DNA of 64,000 bases from Candidatus Multivoradales bacterium. GTDB lineage: Bacteria > Acidobacteriota > Thermoanaerobaculia > Multivoradales > JAHEKO01. Below, in pieces: positions 31,462 to 41,072 of this stretch (position 1 is the stretch's first letter; the number at the start of each line of letters is the position of its first letter). The position numbers were made by a program, and so were the translations under genes. A model generated the notes under the pieces. That model saw only the letters and a list, made by a program, of their open reading frames with translations. It searched no databases and was not told the origin of the DNA. The stretch spans positions 2,816,001 to 2,880,000 of the forward strand of contig CBDCXM010000009.1 in the NCBI GenBank assembly GCA_965223855.1. Reading direction: 5' to 3'.

Positions 31462-32615
31462 AGTTCCTGCCGATCCTGTGGAGCAACCTGCGGCGCAAGA
31501 AGACGCGCACGATCCTCACGATGCTGTCGATCCTCATCGCGTTCCTTCTGTTCGGCTACCTGGTGACGATCGATCAGGCGCTGGCGATGGGGGTGAGCCT
31601 GGTGGGGGAGGACCGTCTCGTGACGCGGCACAAGGTCTCTCTCATTCAGCTCCTTCCCGCCAGCTACGAACAACGCATGGAGTCGATCGACGGCGTCGCT
31701 CAGGCGACCCATGCGACCTGGTTCGGCGGCGTCTACCAGGATCCCAAGAACATCTTCCAGCAGTCGCCCGTGAAGCCCGAGGAGTACCTCGAGATGTATC
31801 CGGAGTTCCTGCTGCCCGAAGAACAGCTGGAGGCGTGGAAGAGCACCCGCACGGGTGCCGTGGTCGGGCGCACGATCGCCGACAAGTACGGCTGGGAGAT
31901 CGGTGACAAGGTGCCGATTCAGGCGACGATCTGGCGCCAGAAGGGGGGCGGTGCCACCTGGACGTTCGACATCGTCGGCATCTACGACGGCGCCGACGAC
32001 GGCACCGACACCACGCAGTTCCTCTTCCAGTACGACTACTTCCACGAGGCTCGCGCCATGGGTGACGGGCTCGTGGGCTGGTACATCCTGCGGGTCGAGG
32101 ACCCGGAACGCGCCGTCGAGGTCGCCAACGCCATCGACCAGGAGTTCGCGAACTCTCCCGCCGAGACGCGGACCGAAACCGAGATGGCGTTTCTCCAGGG
32201 GTTCGCCAACCAGGTCGGCAACGTCGGGAAGATCCTGATGGCGGTGCTCGCCGCCGTCTTCTTCACGATCCTGCTGGTGGCGGGCAACACGATGGCTCAG
32301 GCGGTGCGCGAGCGCACCGAAGAGATCGGGGTGCTCAAGGCGATGGGCTATCGCAACGGCCAGGTGCTCGGCCTGGTGCTCGGCGAATCCCTGCTGCTGG
32401 CTCTGCTCGGCGGAGGGCTCGGTCTGGTGCTGGCCTGGTTCTTCATCACCACGGGTGGAGATCCGACCGGTGGTGCGCTGCCGATCTTCTACCTGCCGCG
32501 AGGGAAGGTGATCGTCGGGCTCTGCCTGATCCTCGGGCTGGGGGTGGTGACCGGACTGCTGCCGGCGCTCCAGGCGATGCGTCTCAACGTCTCCGACGCG
32601 CTGAGGAGGGGGTAA
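31458..32615 (+). CDS. ABC exporter permease (FtsX/MacB family)
   Basis: 'NLRRKKTRT', periplasmic domain, '[22 protein letters not shown]'. Confidence 0.92.
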   Translation: MKFLPILWSNLRRKKTRTILTMLSILIAFLLFGYLVTIDQALAMGVSLVGEDRLVTRHKVSLIQLLPASYEQRMESIDGVAQATHATWFGGVYQDPKNIFQQSPVKPEEYLEMYPEFLLPEEQLEAWKSTRTGAVVGRTIADKYGWEIGDKVPIQATIWRQKGGGATWTFDIVGIYDGADDGTDTTQFLFQYDYFHEARAMGDGLVGWYILRVEDPERAVEVANAIDQEFANSPAETRTETEMAFLQGFANQVGNVGKILMAVLAAVFFTILLVAGNTMAQAVRERTEEIGVLKAMGYRNGQVLGLVLGESLLLALLGGGLGLVLAWFFITTGGDPTGGALPIFYLPRGKVIVGLCLILGLGVVTGLLPALQAMRLNVSDALRRG

Positions 32616-32618
32616 CCG

Positions 32619-33815
32619 ATGGCGATCCTGCGCTGGCTGCGACAGGTTCTGTCGGTGACGCGGTACAGCTTCACCACCATCCCTCAGCGCTGGGGCTCGT
32701 CGCTCTCTTCGGCGTTCGGCATCGCCGGTGTGGTCGCGGTCCTCGTCGGGGTGCTGTCGATCGCTCAGGGGGTGCGTTCGACGATGCAGCAGTCGGCGTC
32801 GCAGGACACCGCGATCGTGCTGCGCGACGGTTCCAACTCGGAGATGATGAGCATTCTCGGTCGCGACGGCGCGCGGGCGATTGCCGATACCGCGGGCGTG
32901 CGGCACGACGGTGACGGACCCATGTCGTCCGCCGAGCTGTTCGTCATCATCGACCTCCCGAAGCGCTCGACCGGCACGGACGCCAACGTGCCGCTGCGGG
33001 GCGTCGAGGCTGCGGCCTTCAAGGTGCGCGACAACCTGAGGATCGTCGAGGGGCGGAGTTTCGAGTGGGGGCGCAACGAGGTCATCGTCGGCGTCGGCGC
33101 GGCCCGCGAGTTCGCCGGTCTCGACCTGGGGGGAGAGCTCCCGGTCGGCGGTGACGGCTGGAAGATCGTCGGCCTGTTCGAGGCCGGCGGAGGCATCGCC
33201 GAGTCGGAGGTGTGGACGGATGCCAGCATCCTGCAGGCCGCCTATCAGCGTGGCGAGTCGTTTCAGGCGGTCTACACCCGCCTCGAGAGCCCGGAGGCGT
33301 TCGCGGCCTTCAAGGATGCGCTTCAGAGCGACCCACGGGTCAGCGTCGATGTCTTCCGCCAGGAGGAGTACTACGAGGAGCAGTCGGCGATCCTCACCGG
33401 GTTGATCACAGGCCTCGGTCTTCTGATCACGTTGCTGATGGCGATCGGAGCGGTGTTCGGCGCGCTCAACACGATGTACACCGCCGTCTCCGCACGCACC
33501 CGGGAGATCGCGACCTTGCGGGCCGTGGGTTTTCGCAGCGGGCCCGTGGTGCTGTCGGTTCTGGCCGAGTCGCTGCTGCTGGCGCTCGCCGGTGGGACGG
33601 TGGGCGGCCTCGCCGCCTACTTCGCCTTCGACGGCTTTCGTGCGGCGACGATCAACTGGCAGTCGTTCAGCCAGGTCGCCTTCAGCTTCGACGTCACGCC
33701 GGGGTTGGTGATCGCCGGGATCGTCTGCGCCGGCGTGATCGGCTTCTTCGGCGGCCTGTTCCCGGCGGTTCGCGCGGCTCGCATGCCGATCGCGACCGCG
33801 CTGCGCGAGAGCTGA
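32619..33815 (+). CDS. ABC exporter permease (FtsX/MacB family)
   Basis: 'NTMYTAVSARTREIATLRAVGF', 'PAVRAARMPIATALR'. Confidence 0.92.
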   Translation: MAILRWLRQVLSVTRYSFTTIPQRWGSSLSSAFGIAGVVAVLVGVLSIAQGVRSTMQQSASQDTAIVLRDGSNSEMMSILGRDGARAIADTAGVRHDGDGPMSSAELFVIIDLPKRSTGTDANVPLRGVEAAAFKVRDNLRIVEGRSFEWGRNEVIVGVGAAREFAGLDLGGELPVGGDGWKIVGLFEAGGGIAESEVWTDASILQAAYQRGESFQAVYTRLESPEAFAAFKDALQSDPRVSVDVFRQEEYYEEQSAILTGLITGLGLLITLLMAIGAVFGALNTMYTAVSARTREIATLRAVGFRSGPVVLSVLAESLLLALAGGTVGGLAAYFAFDGFRAATINWQSFSQVAFSFDVTPGLVIAGIVCAGVIGFFGGLFPAVRAARMPIATALRES

Positions 33816-33835
33816 AGGAAGGGCCGAGCGGGATC

Positions 33836-34906
33836 GTGCAGGGGAGAGCCATCGACTGGGGACGGCACTTCCTGATCGGCCTGCAGAAGTCGCCGACTCT
33901 CACCGAGCACGACCGCAGGCTTCTGGCCGAGCTCCGGCCGGCGGGAGTGGTGCTGTTCCGTGACAACTTCGATCACGAACCGCCGTATCCGGACTGGCTC
34001 GATCCGCTGAGGGCGCTGCTCGACCAGGCGCGCGAGGCGATCGGTCGCGACCGCATCGTTGTCGCCGTCGATCACGAAGGCGGGCAGGTGATCCGTACCC
34101 CGGCTCCGGTGACCGACTTCGGCGAGGCGGCGTCGTGGGCCTCGCAGGCCGCGCAGGTGGGGAGCGGGATGGGTCGCGAGCTGGCCTCCCTCGGCATCAA
34201 CGTCAACTTCGCGCCCGTCGTCGACGTGCACTCGAACCCGGCGAATCCGGTGATCGGCAGCCGCGCGCTGGGAACGGATCCGCGCTCGGTGATCCGCGCC
34301 GCCCGGAGTTTCCTGCGGGCGCAGCAGGCGGAGGGGGTTCTCGGCTGCCTCAAGCACTATCCCGGGCACGGCGACACCGCGGTCGATTCGCACGAGGCTC
34401 TGCCGGTAGTCGATCGCTCGCTCGAGAGCCTTCGTCGTCGGGAACTGGCGCCGTTCCTCGAGCTTCTCGACGAGACCGTCGAGCTGGTGATGACGGCCCA
34501 CGTCCACTATCCGCAGTGGGATCCGGAGTGGCCGGCGACCCTGTCACGACGCATCGTCGAGGAGACGCTGCGCCATCGGGCGGGCTACGAAGGAGTCGTC
34601 ACGACGGACGACCTCGGGATGCGCGCCATTTCGGAGCGGTTCGACGAACCGGGGATCCCCGCGCGCGCTCTGACCGCGGGGTGCGACTGGCTCACCGTCT
34701 GCGCTCACCTCACCGACACCGGACGGGCCCTCGGAATGGCACGATCCCTGGCGCGCAGCCACGCGGAGGGCGAACTTGCGGACGAAGTCGTCCGCCGCTC
34801 CAGGCGTCGCATCGAGCGCCTCCTCGCCTCCTTGCCGCAGCACCCGGTGAGAGAGCTGCCGCCGGAGACCTTCGCCGAGCACCGGCTCGGCGCCCAGGCA
34901 GGCTAG
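33836..34906 (+). CDS. nagZ: Beta-N-acetylhexosaminidase (GH3, NagZ)
   Basis: 'AVDHEGG', 'NFAPVVD', '[14 protein letters not shown]', 'VMTAH', 'TDDLGM'. Confidence 0.9.
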   Translation: MQGRAIDWGRHFLIGLQKSPTLTEHDRRLLAELRPAGVVLFRDNFDHEPPYPDWLDPLRALLDQAREAIGRDRIVVAVDHEGGQVIRTPAPVTDFGEAASWASQAAQVGSGMGRELASLGINVNFAPVVDVHSNPANPVIGSRALGTDPRSVIRAARSFLRAQQAEGVLGCLKHYPGHGDTAVDSHEALPVVDRSLESLRRRELAPFLELLDETVELVMTAHVHYPQWDPEWPATLSRRIVEETLRHRAGYEGVVTTDDLGMRAISERFDEPGIPARALTAGCDWLTVCAHLTDTGRALGMARSLARSHAEGELADEVVRRSRRRIERLLASLPQHPVRELPPETFAEHRLGAQAG

Positions 34907-35424
34907 CTCAGCTCGCCGCTGTCTTCGATCACCACGGCACTGGACGTGGCGCCGCTCGGACTGCCGGCCGCTTCCATCGCCGCCAGCACGTCCTCTCCCT
35001 CGACGAGTCGGCCGAAGACCACATGCTTGCCGTCGAGCCACGACGTCTGAGCCGTACAGATGAAGAACTGGCTGCCGTTGGTGTTCGGGCCGGCGTTGGC
35101 CATCGACAGCGTGCCGCTGCCCTCGTGACGCAGTTCGAAGTTCTCGTCGTCGAAGCGGCCGCCGTAGATCGACTCCCCGCCGGTGCCGTTGCCGGCCGTG
35201 AAATCGCCCCCCTGGCACATGAAGCCGGGGATGATGCGGTGGAAGGCGCTCCCCTTGAAATGAAGCGCCTTGCCCGACCCTCCGGTTCCCTTCTCACCGG
35301 TGCACAGGGCACGGAAGTTCTCGGCTGTGCGGGGGACGACATCGGCGGCGAGCTCGAACGTAAGGCGACCGCGCGGGGCGCCGCCGATCGAGATGTCGAA
35401 GTAGACGCGGGGATTGGAAGACAT
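34903..35424 (-). CDS. Cyclophilin-type peptidyl-prolyl cis-trans isomerase
   Basis: '[17 protein letters not shown]','[16 protein letters not shown]','[17 protein letters not shown]','[10 protein letters not shown]'. Confidence 0.96.
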   Translation of the reverse strand: MSSNPRVYFDISIGGAPRGRLTFELAADVVPRTAENFRALCTGEKGTGGSGKALHFKGSAFHRIIPGFMCQGGDFTAGNGTGGESIYGGRFDDENFELRHEGSGTLSMANAGPNTNGSQFFICTAQTSWLDGKHVVFGRLVEGEDVLAAMEAAGSPSGATSSAVVIEDSGELS

Positions 35425-35587
35425 GAGGGTTCCTTTCTCGATCGGGAGATCGTCGGGGGTGTAGGCCGGCCATACGGCGTCGCGCCCCGGGGTGCTTCCC
35501 GGCTCGGTCGCCGACGGCCGCCGATGGTGACAGATTCGCCGGCGAGTTGCTCGGCCGCCTCCCGTTTGCGGTCGGGAGAGGCCGTCC

Positions 35588-35613
35588 TATACTGCCCACT
35601 CCTCCCGGAGGAG
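35588..35613 (+). promoter_or_regulatory. -10 box TATACT plus an anti-SD/SD hairpin upstream of REC-lpxC
   Basis: TATACT 35588-35593; CTCCTCC 35599-35605 is the reverse complement of SD GGAGGAG 35607-35613. Confidence 0.45.
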
Positions 35614-35622
35614 ACCCCCGCG

Positions 35623-36936
35623 ATGACCGCTGCCTCGCTGACCACGACCGTTCTGATCGTCGACGACGAACCCGGCATTCTCGCCACCTTGTCCGGCGTC
35701 CTCGCCGACGAGGGCTACGCGACGCTGACCGCCGAGAGCGGGGAGCGCGCGATCGAGCTGTACGCTCGGGAGTCGCCCGATGTTGTCTTCCTCGACGTCT
35801 GGTTGCCCGACAAGGACGGTCTCGAGATCCTGCAGGCGCTGCGCGAGCAGGATCCGGCGGCGGCGGTGATCATGATGTCGGGGCACGGCACCGCCTCGAC
35901 GGCGGTCAAGGCGATCAAGATGGGGGCGTTCGAGTACGTCGAGAAGCCGCTGTCCTACAACGAGGCTGTCGATGCCGTCGCAGGCGCCCTCCAGTATCGG
36001 GAGTCGGTGAGCCGCGACAGCGACCTGCTTTCGACGCTCGAGAAGACCAAGACCCGCCTCGAGGAGAGTCCGCGGCTGCAGCCGCCGCCGCCACTGCCGC
36101 TCCTCCAGGTGACCGACGAGCCGCAGCGCACGCTCGCTGCCGGGACGGTCCTCTACGGTCTCGGTCTCCACTCCGGCAACCGGACCGGCATGACGCTCCA
36201 GCCGCTGCCGGTCGACACCGGGATTCACTTCGTCTCGCTACCGACGAATACGGTGCTGCCGGCTCACATCTCGTCGGTGGCCGAGACCGACTACGCGACG
36301 ACCCTGTCGCGCGACGGCCAGGACATCAAGACGGTCGAACACCTCCTCTCTGCCTTGCGTGCAGCGGGAGTGACGAACCTGCTCATCAAGGTGCACGGCG
36401 AGATTCCGGTGCTCGACGGTTCCGCGCTCGAGTTCTGCGAGGCGCTCGAGCGGGTCGGCGTCGTCGAGCAGTCGGCGCCGCGCCGGGAGATCGTCATCGA
36501 CCGTCGCTACGAGGTGAGCGGCGAAGGGGGCAAGCAGCTCAGCATCGAGCCTGCTGAGACCTTCTCGGCACGCTACGAGCTCAGCTACCCGCCGCCGGTC
36601 GGGGATCAGGTGTGTGAGTTCGAACTCACCGACTACGACTCCTATCGCGATGCGATCGCGCCCGCCCGGACATTCGGTTTCATGAAGGACCTCGGCATGA
36701 TGCAGGAACTCGGGCTCGGCACCGGCGGCCGGCTCGACAACTGCATCCTCGTCGGCGAAGACAACGTCATCAACACCCGCCTGCGCTTCTCTGACGAGTT
36801 TGCCCGTCACAAGGTGCTCGACATCATCGGCGACCTCTACCTTCTCGGCTACCCGATTCGTGGGCGGGTCGTCGGCCGTCTGACCGGTCACAAGATGAAC
36901 ATCGCCCTGCTGCGCGAGATCGCGGCGACGGCCTGA
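35623..36936 (+). CDS. lpxC: Receiver (REC) domain fused to UDP-3-O-acyl-GlcNAc deacetylase LpxC
   Basis: REC 'VLIVDDE..FLDVWLPDKDG..MMSGHG..AVKAIKMGAFEYVEKP'; LpxC 'QRTL..G.GLHSG','TVEHLLSAL','EIPVLDGSA','ARTFGF','EFARHKVLDIIGDL','GHKMN'; single frame, no stop between the domains. Confidence 0.92.
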   Translation: MTAASLTTTVLIVDDEPGILATLSGVLADEGYATLTAESGERAIELYARESPDVVFLDVWLPDKDGLEILQALREQDPAAAVIMMSGHGTASTAVKAIKMGAFEYVEKPLSYNEAVDAVAGALQYRESVSRDSDLLSTLEKTKTRLEESPRLQPPPPLPLLQVTDEPQRTLAAGTVLYGLGLHSGNRTGMTLQPLPVDTGIHFVSLPTNTVLPAHISSVAETDYATTLSRDGQDIKTVEHLLSALRAAGVTNLLIKVHGEIPVLDGSALEFCEALERVGVVEQSAPRREIVIDRRYEVSGEGGKQLSIEPAETFSARYELSYPPPVGDQVCEFELTDYDSYRDAIAPARTFGFMKDLGMMQELGLGTGGRLDNCILVGEDNVINTRLRFSDEFARHKVLDIIGDLYLLGYPIRGRVVGRLTGHKMNIALLREIAATA

Positions 36937-36941
36937 ATTCC

Positions 36942-37895
36942 TTGTTTCGCGCCTTCACCAGCGAGCGGTGCCAGCTCCACAGGCCCCCGGCCGGCGCACC
37001 CGAGCGGCCGGAGCGGCTCGAGGCCGTGCGGCAGGGGGTCGTCGATGCGGGCTGGGACCTCGAAGACGTGAACGAGGGGAGATACCGGGAGGAAGAGGTT
37101 CGCGAGGCGATCCACGCTTCGCACAGCGCGGCCTATGTCGAGCGCTTCGAGCGTGCCGTCCGGCGGGGTGACGGGCTGATCGACTCGGCCGACAACCCTT
37201 TGTCTCCGGGGACGTTCGCGGGCTCGCTGGCCGCGGTCGAGGTGGCGCTGGCAGCGACCGACGCGGTCGGCTCGGGCGAACTGAGGCAGTCCTTCGCTGC
37301 GGTGCGGCCTCCCGGGCACCACGCCGAGCGCGACGAGGCGATGGGGTTCTGCTACTTCGCCAACGCCGCGATCGCCGCCGAGCGGCTGCTCGGCCGCCAC
37401 GACCTCGAGAAGGTCGCGGTGGTCGACTTCGACGTCCACCATGGCAACGGCACGCAGCATCTGTTCGAGGAACGGGCCGACGTCTTCTTCGCCAGCCTCC
37501 ATCAGCACCCGTTCTATCCCGGCACCGGGCTCGCCTCGGAGCAGGGGCGGGGCGAGGGCCTCGGAGCCACCCTCAACCTCCCGCTCCCGGCAGGTCTTTC
37601 GAGTGCCGAGTTCGAGAGCGTGATCGACGAGCGGCTGCTGCCGGCGTTGAGGGAGTTCGCGCCGCAGGCGATCGTCGTCTCGGCGGGCTTCGACGGCTGG
37701 GTCGATGACCCGCTGGGGGGATGGCGGGTCGAAACCGAGAGCTACCGGTGGGTGGGGGAGCGCCTGGTCGCGGCGGCGGAGGCGAGCTCGAAAGGCCGGC
37801 TGGTGGCCCTCCTCGAGGGTGGGTACAGCCTCGAGGGGTTGCGCCATGCGACTGCGGCCTTCCTCTCCGGAGTGGCGCGCCGGCCGCCGGTATAA
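36942..37895 (+). CDS. Histone deacetylase family (class II-like) amidohydrolase
   Basis: 'PERPERL','RPPGHHA','MGFCYF.N','DFDVHHGNGTQ','SAGFD','LEGGY'. Confidence 0.93.
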   Translation: MFRAFTSERCQLHRPPAGAPERPERLEAVRQGVVDAGWDLEDVNEGRYREEEVREAIHASHSAAYVERFERAVRRGDGLIDSADNPLSPGTFAGSLAAVEVALAATDAVGSGELRQSFAAVRPPGHHAERDEAMGFCYFANAAIAAERLLGRHDLEKVAVVDFDVHHGNGTQHLFEERADVFFASLHQHPFYPGTGLASEQGRGEGLGATLNLPLPAGLSSAEFESVIDERLLPALREFAPQAIVVSAGFDGWVDDPLGGWRVETESYRWVGERLVAAAEASSKGRLVALLEGGYSLEGLRHATAAFLSGVARRPPV

Positions 37896-37896
37896 T
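37891..37896 (+). promoter_or_regulatory. Consensus -10 box TATAAT upstream of the E1 dehydrogenase gene
   Basis: Perfect TATAAT overlapping the HDAC stop codon, rare in this GC background; hairpin GGCTCGCC/GGCGAGCC at 37940-37960 in the leader. Confidence 0.45.
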
Positions 37897-37969
37897 GCCG
37901 CCACCGGAAGGCCCGCCTCCGGCATCCGATGCTCCCGCCGGCTCGCCCTCGAGGCGAGCCGTTTCGACC

Positions 37970-40429
37970 ATGGCAATCGACACTCCGCCCCAGCAAGGCT
38001 CCGCCGAACCCCGACCCCAGCGTGCAGGCTCGGGTCGCGTCGGACTGACGAAAGACGGCGTTCTCGCCGACTATCGAATCGGCTACGAGAGCCGCCAGGC
38101 GAGCCTGATCGGGAGGCGCGAAGTGCTGACCGGCAAGGGCAAGTTCGGCATCTTCGGTGACGGCAAGGAGGTCGCCCAACTGGCCATGGCGCGCGCCTTT
38201 TCTCCGGGCGACGTGCGCGCCGGCTACTACCGCGACCAGACCGTGATGCTCGCCCTCGGCCTGACGACCGTCGAGGAGCTCTTCAGTCAGCTCTACGCCG
38301 ATCCCGATCCGGCTCACGAGGTCTCTTCGGCCGGTCGCCAGATGAACGCCCACTTCGCCACCCGCTTCCTGGCGGAGGACGGCTCGTGGCTCCCGATCGC
38401 CGAGCTATACAACAGCTCGGCGGATCTGTCGCCGACCGGTTCCCAGATGCCCCGACTCGCCGGCCTGGCCCAGGCCTCGAAGCTCTATCGCGAACTCGAG
38501 ATTCCGGGCGCCGAGCGCTTCTCGACGAACGGCAACGAGATCGCCTGGGGGACGATCGGCAACGCGAGTAGTGCCGAGGGGCTGTTCTGGGAAACGGTCA
38601 ACGCCGTGGGGGTCCTCAAGGCGCCGATGCTGCTGTCGATCTGGGATGACGGCTACGGAATCTCGGTGCCGAACGAGTACCAGGTCACCAAGGGCGACCT
38701 GTCGAAGATCCTCGCCGGCTTCGGGCGCGCGGAAGGTAGCGATGCCGGCTACGATCTCTATCGTGTCCGCGGCTGGGACTACCCGGCGCTGTGCGAAACC
38801 TACGCCGAGGCGGCGGAGCGGGTCCGAGAGACTCATGTGCCCGCGATCGTCCACGTCGTCGAGCTCACCCAGCCGCAGGGGCACTCGACCTCCGGGAGCC
38901 ACGAGCGCTACAAGAGCCCGGAGCGGCTTCAGTTCGAAAGCGATTTCGACGGTCTCGTTCGAATGCGGCGGTGGATGCTCGATGAGGGTGTCGCCTCCGA
39001 GGAGCTTCTCGACGAGCTCGAGAGCAAGTCGCTCGACAGGGTGCGCCGGCAGCAGCGCTCGGCATGGGAGCGCTTCCGCAACCCGATCGAGGTCGCCCGT
39101 CTCGAGCTCTCGGGGCTGTTGGCCGATCTGCTGGCCGAGACGGACGACGAGGAGACCTCCAGAGAATTGGCGTCCCAGGCGCAGCGCCTGGAGCGGATGC
39201 CGACGCCAGGGCGGCGCGATCTGGTGGCGACGGCCCACGACGCGCGCCTCGCTTCGGCGGCGATGTCGGGAACGGCGCGACAGAAGCTCCTGAGCTGGCT
39301 TGAGAGGGAGCGCGAGGCGCTGGCATCGACCTACAGCTCGCACCTGACGAGCGATGGCCCGAAGGCGGCTTCGGCCGTGCCGGAGGTCGCCGCTGTCTAC
39401 GCCGACGAGCCGGAGATGCTGCGGGGCTTCGAGATCCTCAACGCCGGCTTCGATGCCGCGCTGGCTCGTGATCCGAGGGTGCTCGCCTTCGGCGAGGATC
39501 TCGGGTATCTCGGCGACGTCAATCAGGGATTCTCCGGGCTGCAGGCGAAGTACGGCCCGATCCGCGTTTCCGACACCGGGATCCGCGAGGCGACCATCGT
39601 CGGGCAGGCGATCGGCCTTGCTCTACGCGGGCTGAGGCCGATTGCGGAGATCCAGTACCTCGACTACCTGCTCTACGCCCTGCAGATCATCTCCGACGAC
39701 CTCGCGACCCTGCGCTGGCGCAGCGCCGGAGGTCAGAAGGCTCCCGTCATCCTGCGTACCCGCGGCCACCGGCTCGAAGGGGTGTGGCACTCCGGCTCGC
39801 CGATGGCGGGTCTCATCCATCTTGTGCGCGGGGTTCACGTCTGCGTGCCGCGTGACATGACGCAGGCGGTCGGCTTCTACAACACGCTGCTCCAGTCCGA
39901 CGATCCGGGCCTGGTGATCGAGGTGCTCAACGGCTACCGGCTCAAGGAGCCGAAGCCGGACAATCTCGAAGCGTTCACCGTGCCGCTCGGCGTTCCTGAG
40001 GTGATTCGGCAGGGCGAGGACGTCACGCTCGTGACCTACGGCGCTCTGTGCCGCATCGCGCTCGAAGCGTGCGAGCAGCTCGAGCGGGTGGGAGTGGACG
40101 TCGAGGTGATCGACGTCCGCACCCTGCTGCCGTTCGATCGCCACGCTCTGATCCGCAACTCCCTCGAGAAGACCAACCGGATCGTCTTCCTCGACGAGGA
40201 CGTGCCGGGAGGCGGCACCGCCTACATGATGCAGCAGGTGCTCGACGCCCAGGGGGGCTACGAGTGGCTCGACGCCGAACCGGTGACGCTGTGCGCGGCG
40301 CCGCATCGCCCCGCCTACGGGTCCGACGGCGACTACGCCTCGAAGCCGAACCGGGAGTCGATCTTCGACACCGTCTACGCTCTGATGAGGCGCTGCGACC
40401 CCGCTCGCTACCCGTCGCTCGACGGCTGA
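37970..40429 (+). CDS. 2-oxoacid (probably branched-chain) dehydrogenase E1, fused alpha+beta subunits
   Basis: 'GKGKFGIFGDGKE','GYYRD','TIGNASSAEG','WDDGYGISVP','GHSTSGSHE','FGEDLG..GDVNQG','DTGIRE','AEIQYLDY'. Confidence 0.92.
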   Translation: MAIDTPPQQGSAEPRPQRAGSGRVGLTKDGVLADYRIGYESRQASLIGRREVLTGKGKFGIFGDGKEVAQLAMARAFSPGDVRAGYYRDQTVMLALGLTTVEELFSQLYADPDPAHEVSSAGRQMNAHFATRFLAEDGSWLPIAELYNSSADLSPTGSQMPRLAGLAQASKLYRELEIPGAERFSTNGNEIAWGTIGNASSAEGLFWETVNAVGVLKAPMLLSIWDDGYGISVPNEYQVTKGDLSKILAGFGRAEGSDAGYDLYRVRGWDYPALCETYAEAAERVRETHVPAIVHVVELTQPQGHSTSGSHERYKSPERLQFESDFDGLVRMRRWMLDEGVASEELLDELESKSLDRVRRQQRSAWERFRNPIEVARLELSGLLADLLAETDDEETSRELASQAQRLERMPTPGRRDLVATAHDARLASAAMSGTARQKLLSWLEREREALASTYSSHLTSDGPKAASAVPEVAAVYADEPEMLRGFEILNAGFDAALARDPRVLAFGEDLGYLGDVNQGFSGLQAKYGPIRVSDTGIREATIVGQAIGLALRGLRPIAEIQYLDYLLYALQIISDDLATLRWRSAGGQKAPVILRTRGHRLEGVWHSGSPMAGLIHLVRGVHVCVPRDMTQAVGFYNTLLQSDDPGLVIEVLNGYRLKEPKPDNLEAFTVPLGVPEVIRQGEDVTLVTYGALCRIALEACEQLERVGVDVEVIDVRTLLPFDRHALIRNSLEKTNRIVFLDEDVPGGGTAYMMQQVLDAQGGYEWLDAEPVTLCAAPHRPAYGSDGDYASKPNRESIFDTVYALMRRCDPARYPSLDG

Positions 40430-40462
40430 GACGGCGGGACGCGGGGCCTTGCGAAGTTCAGC

Positions 40463-40996
40463 CTAGAGAAACCCGAGCTGGAGCCGTGCGGCCTCCGACA
40501 TCATGTTCTGATTCCAGGGCGGATCGAAGACGACGTCGACCCGAGCGTCCTTGACGCCGGCGAGGCCCTCGACTCGCCGCTTCACGTCCTCGGCGAGCAC
40601 CGGACCCATGCCGCAGCCGGGGGCGGTGAGGGTCATCGTGATGTCGATCACCGCCTCGCCTTCGCCTTCCTCGATCTCGCAGTTGTAGACCAACCCGAGG
40701 TCGACGATGTTGACCGGGATCTCGGGGTCGTAGCACTTCTTCATCTGGTCCCAGACCCGTTCCTCGAGAGAGCCGGAACCTTCGTCGCTCTCGGCGACCA
40801 CTTCCTTGCCGAGGGCGTCTGCATTGCGCTCGTCGATCCGGTACATGGCGCCGCGATCGGTCATCACGGTGAAGCTGCCACCGAGCTGCTGTGTGATGAG
40901 GAGCGGAGTGCCCTCCTCGAGCATCACGGAGACGCCGTCGGGGATCATGATGGCGCCGACGTCGCGCGCGAGCTGGACCTCTTCTCGTTCGTACAT
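40463..40996 (-). CDS. sufT: Fe-S cluster assembly protein SufT (DUF59)
   Basis: 'ITQQLGGSFTV','YDPEIPVNIVDLGLVY','MTLTAPGCGMG','FDPPW..MMSEAARL.LG'. Confidence 0.93.
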   Translation of the reverse strand: MYEREEVQLARDVGAIMIPDGVSVMLEEGTPLLITQQLGGSFTVMTDRGAMYRIDERNADALGKEVVAESDEGSGSLEERVWDQMKKCYDPEIPVNIVDLGLVYNCEIEEGEGEAVIDITMTLTAPGCGMGPVLAEDVKRRVEGLAGVKDARVDVVFDPPWNQNMMSEAARLQLGFL

Positions 40997-41072
40997 GGTG
41001 AGAGTCTAACCTCTCACCAGCTTCCCGTTGCAGGACCGTATCGCGCTGATCCAGCCCGAGAGGGAAGTTGTT

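Noticed and set aside
34135-35622. 933-aa ORF as a single giant protein ending in REC-LpxC
   Set aside because: The first 496 codons overlap nagZ and the cyclophilin and are Arg/Gly/Ala-rich noise; a -10 box and strong SD mark ATG 35623.
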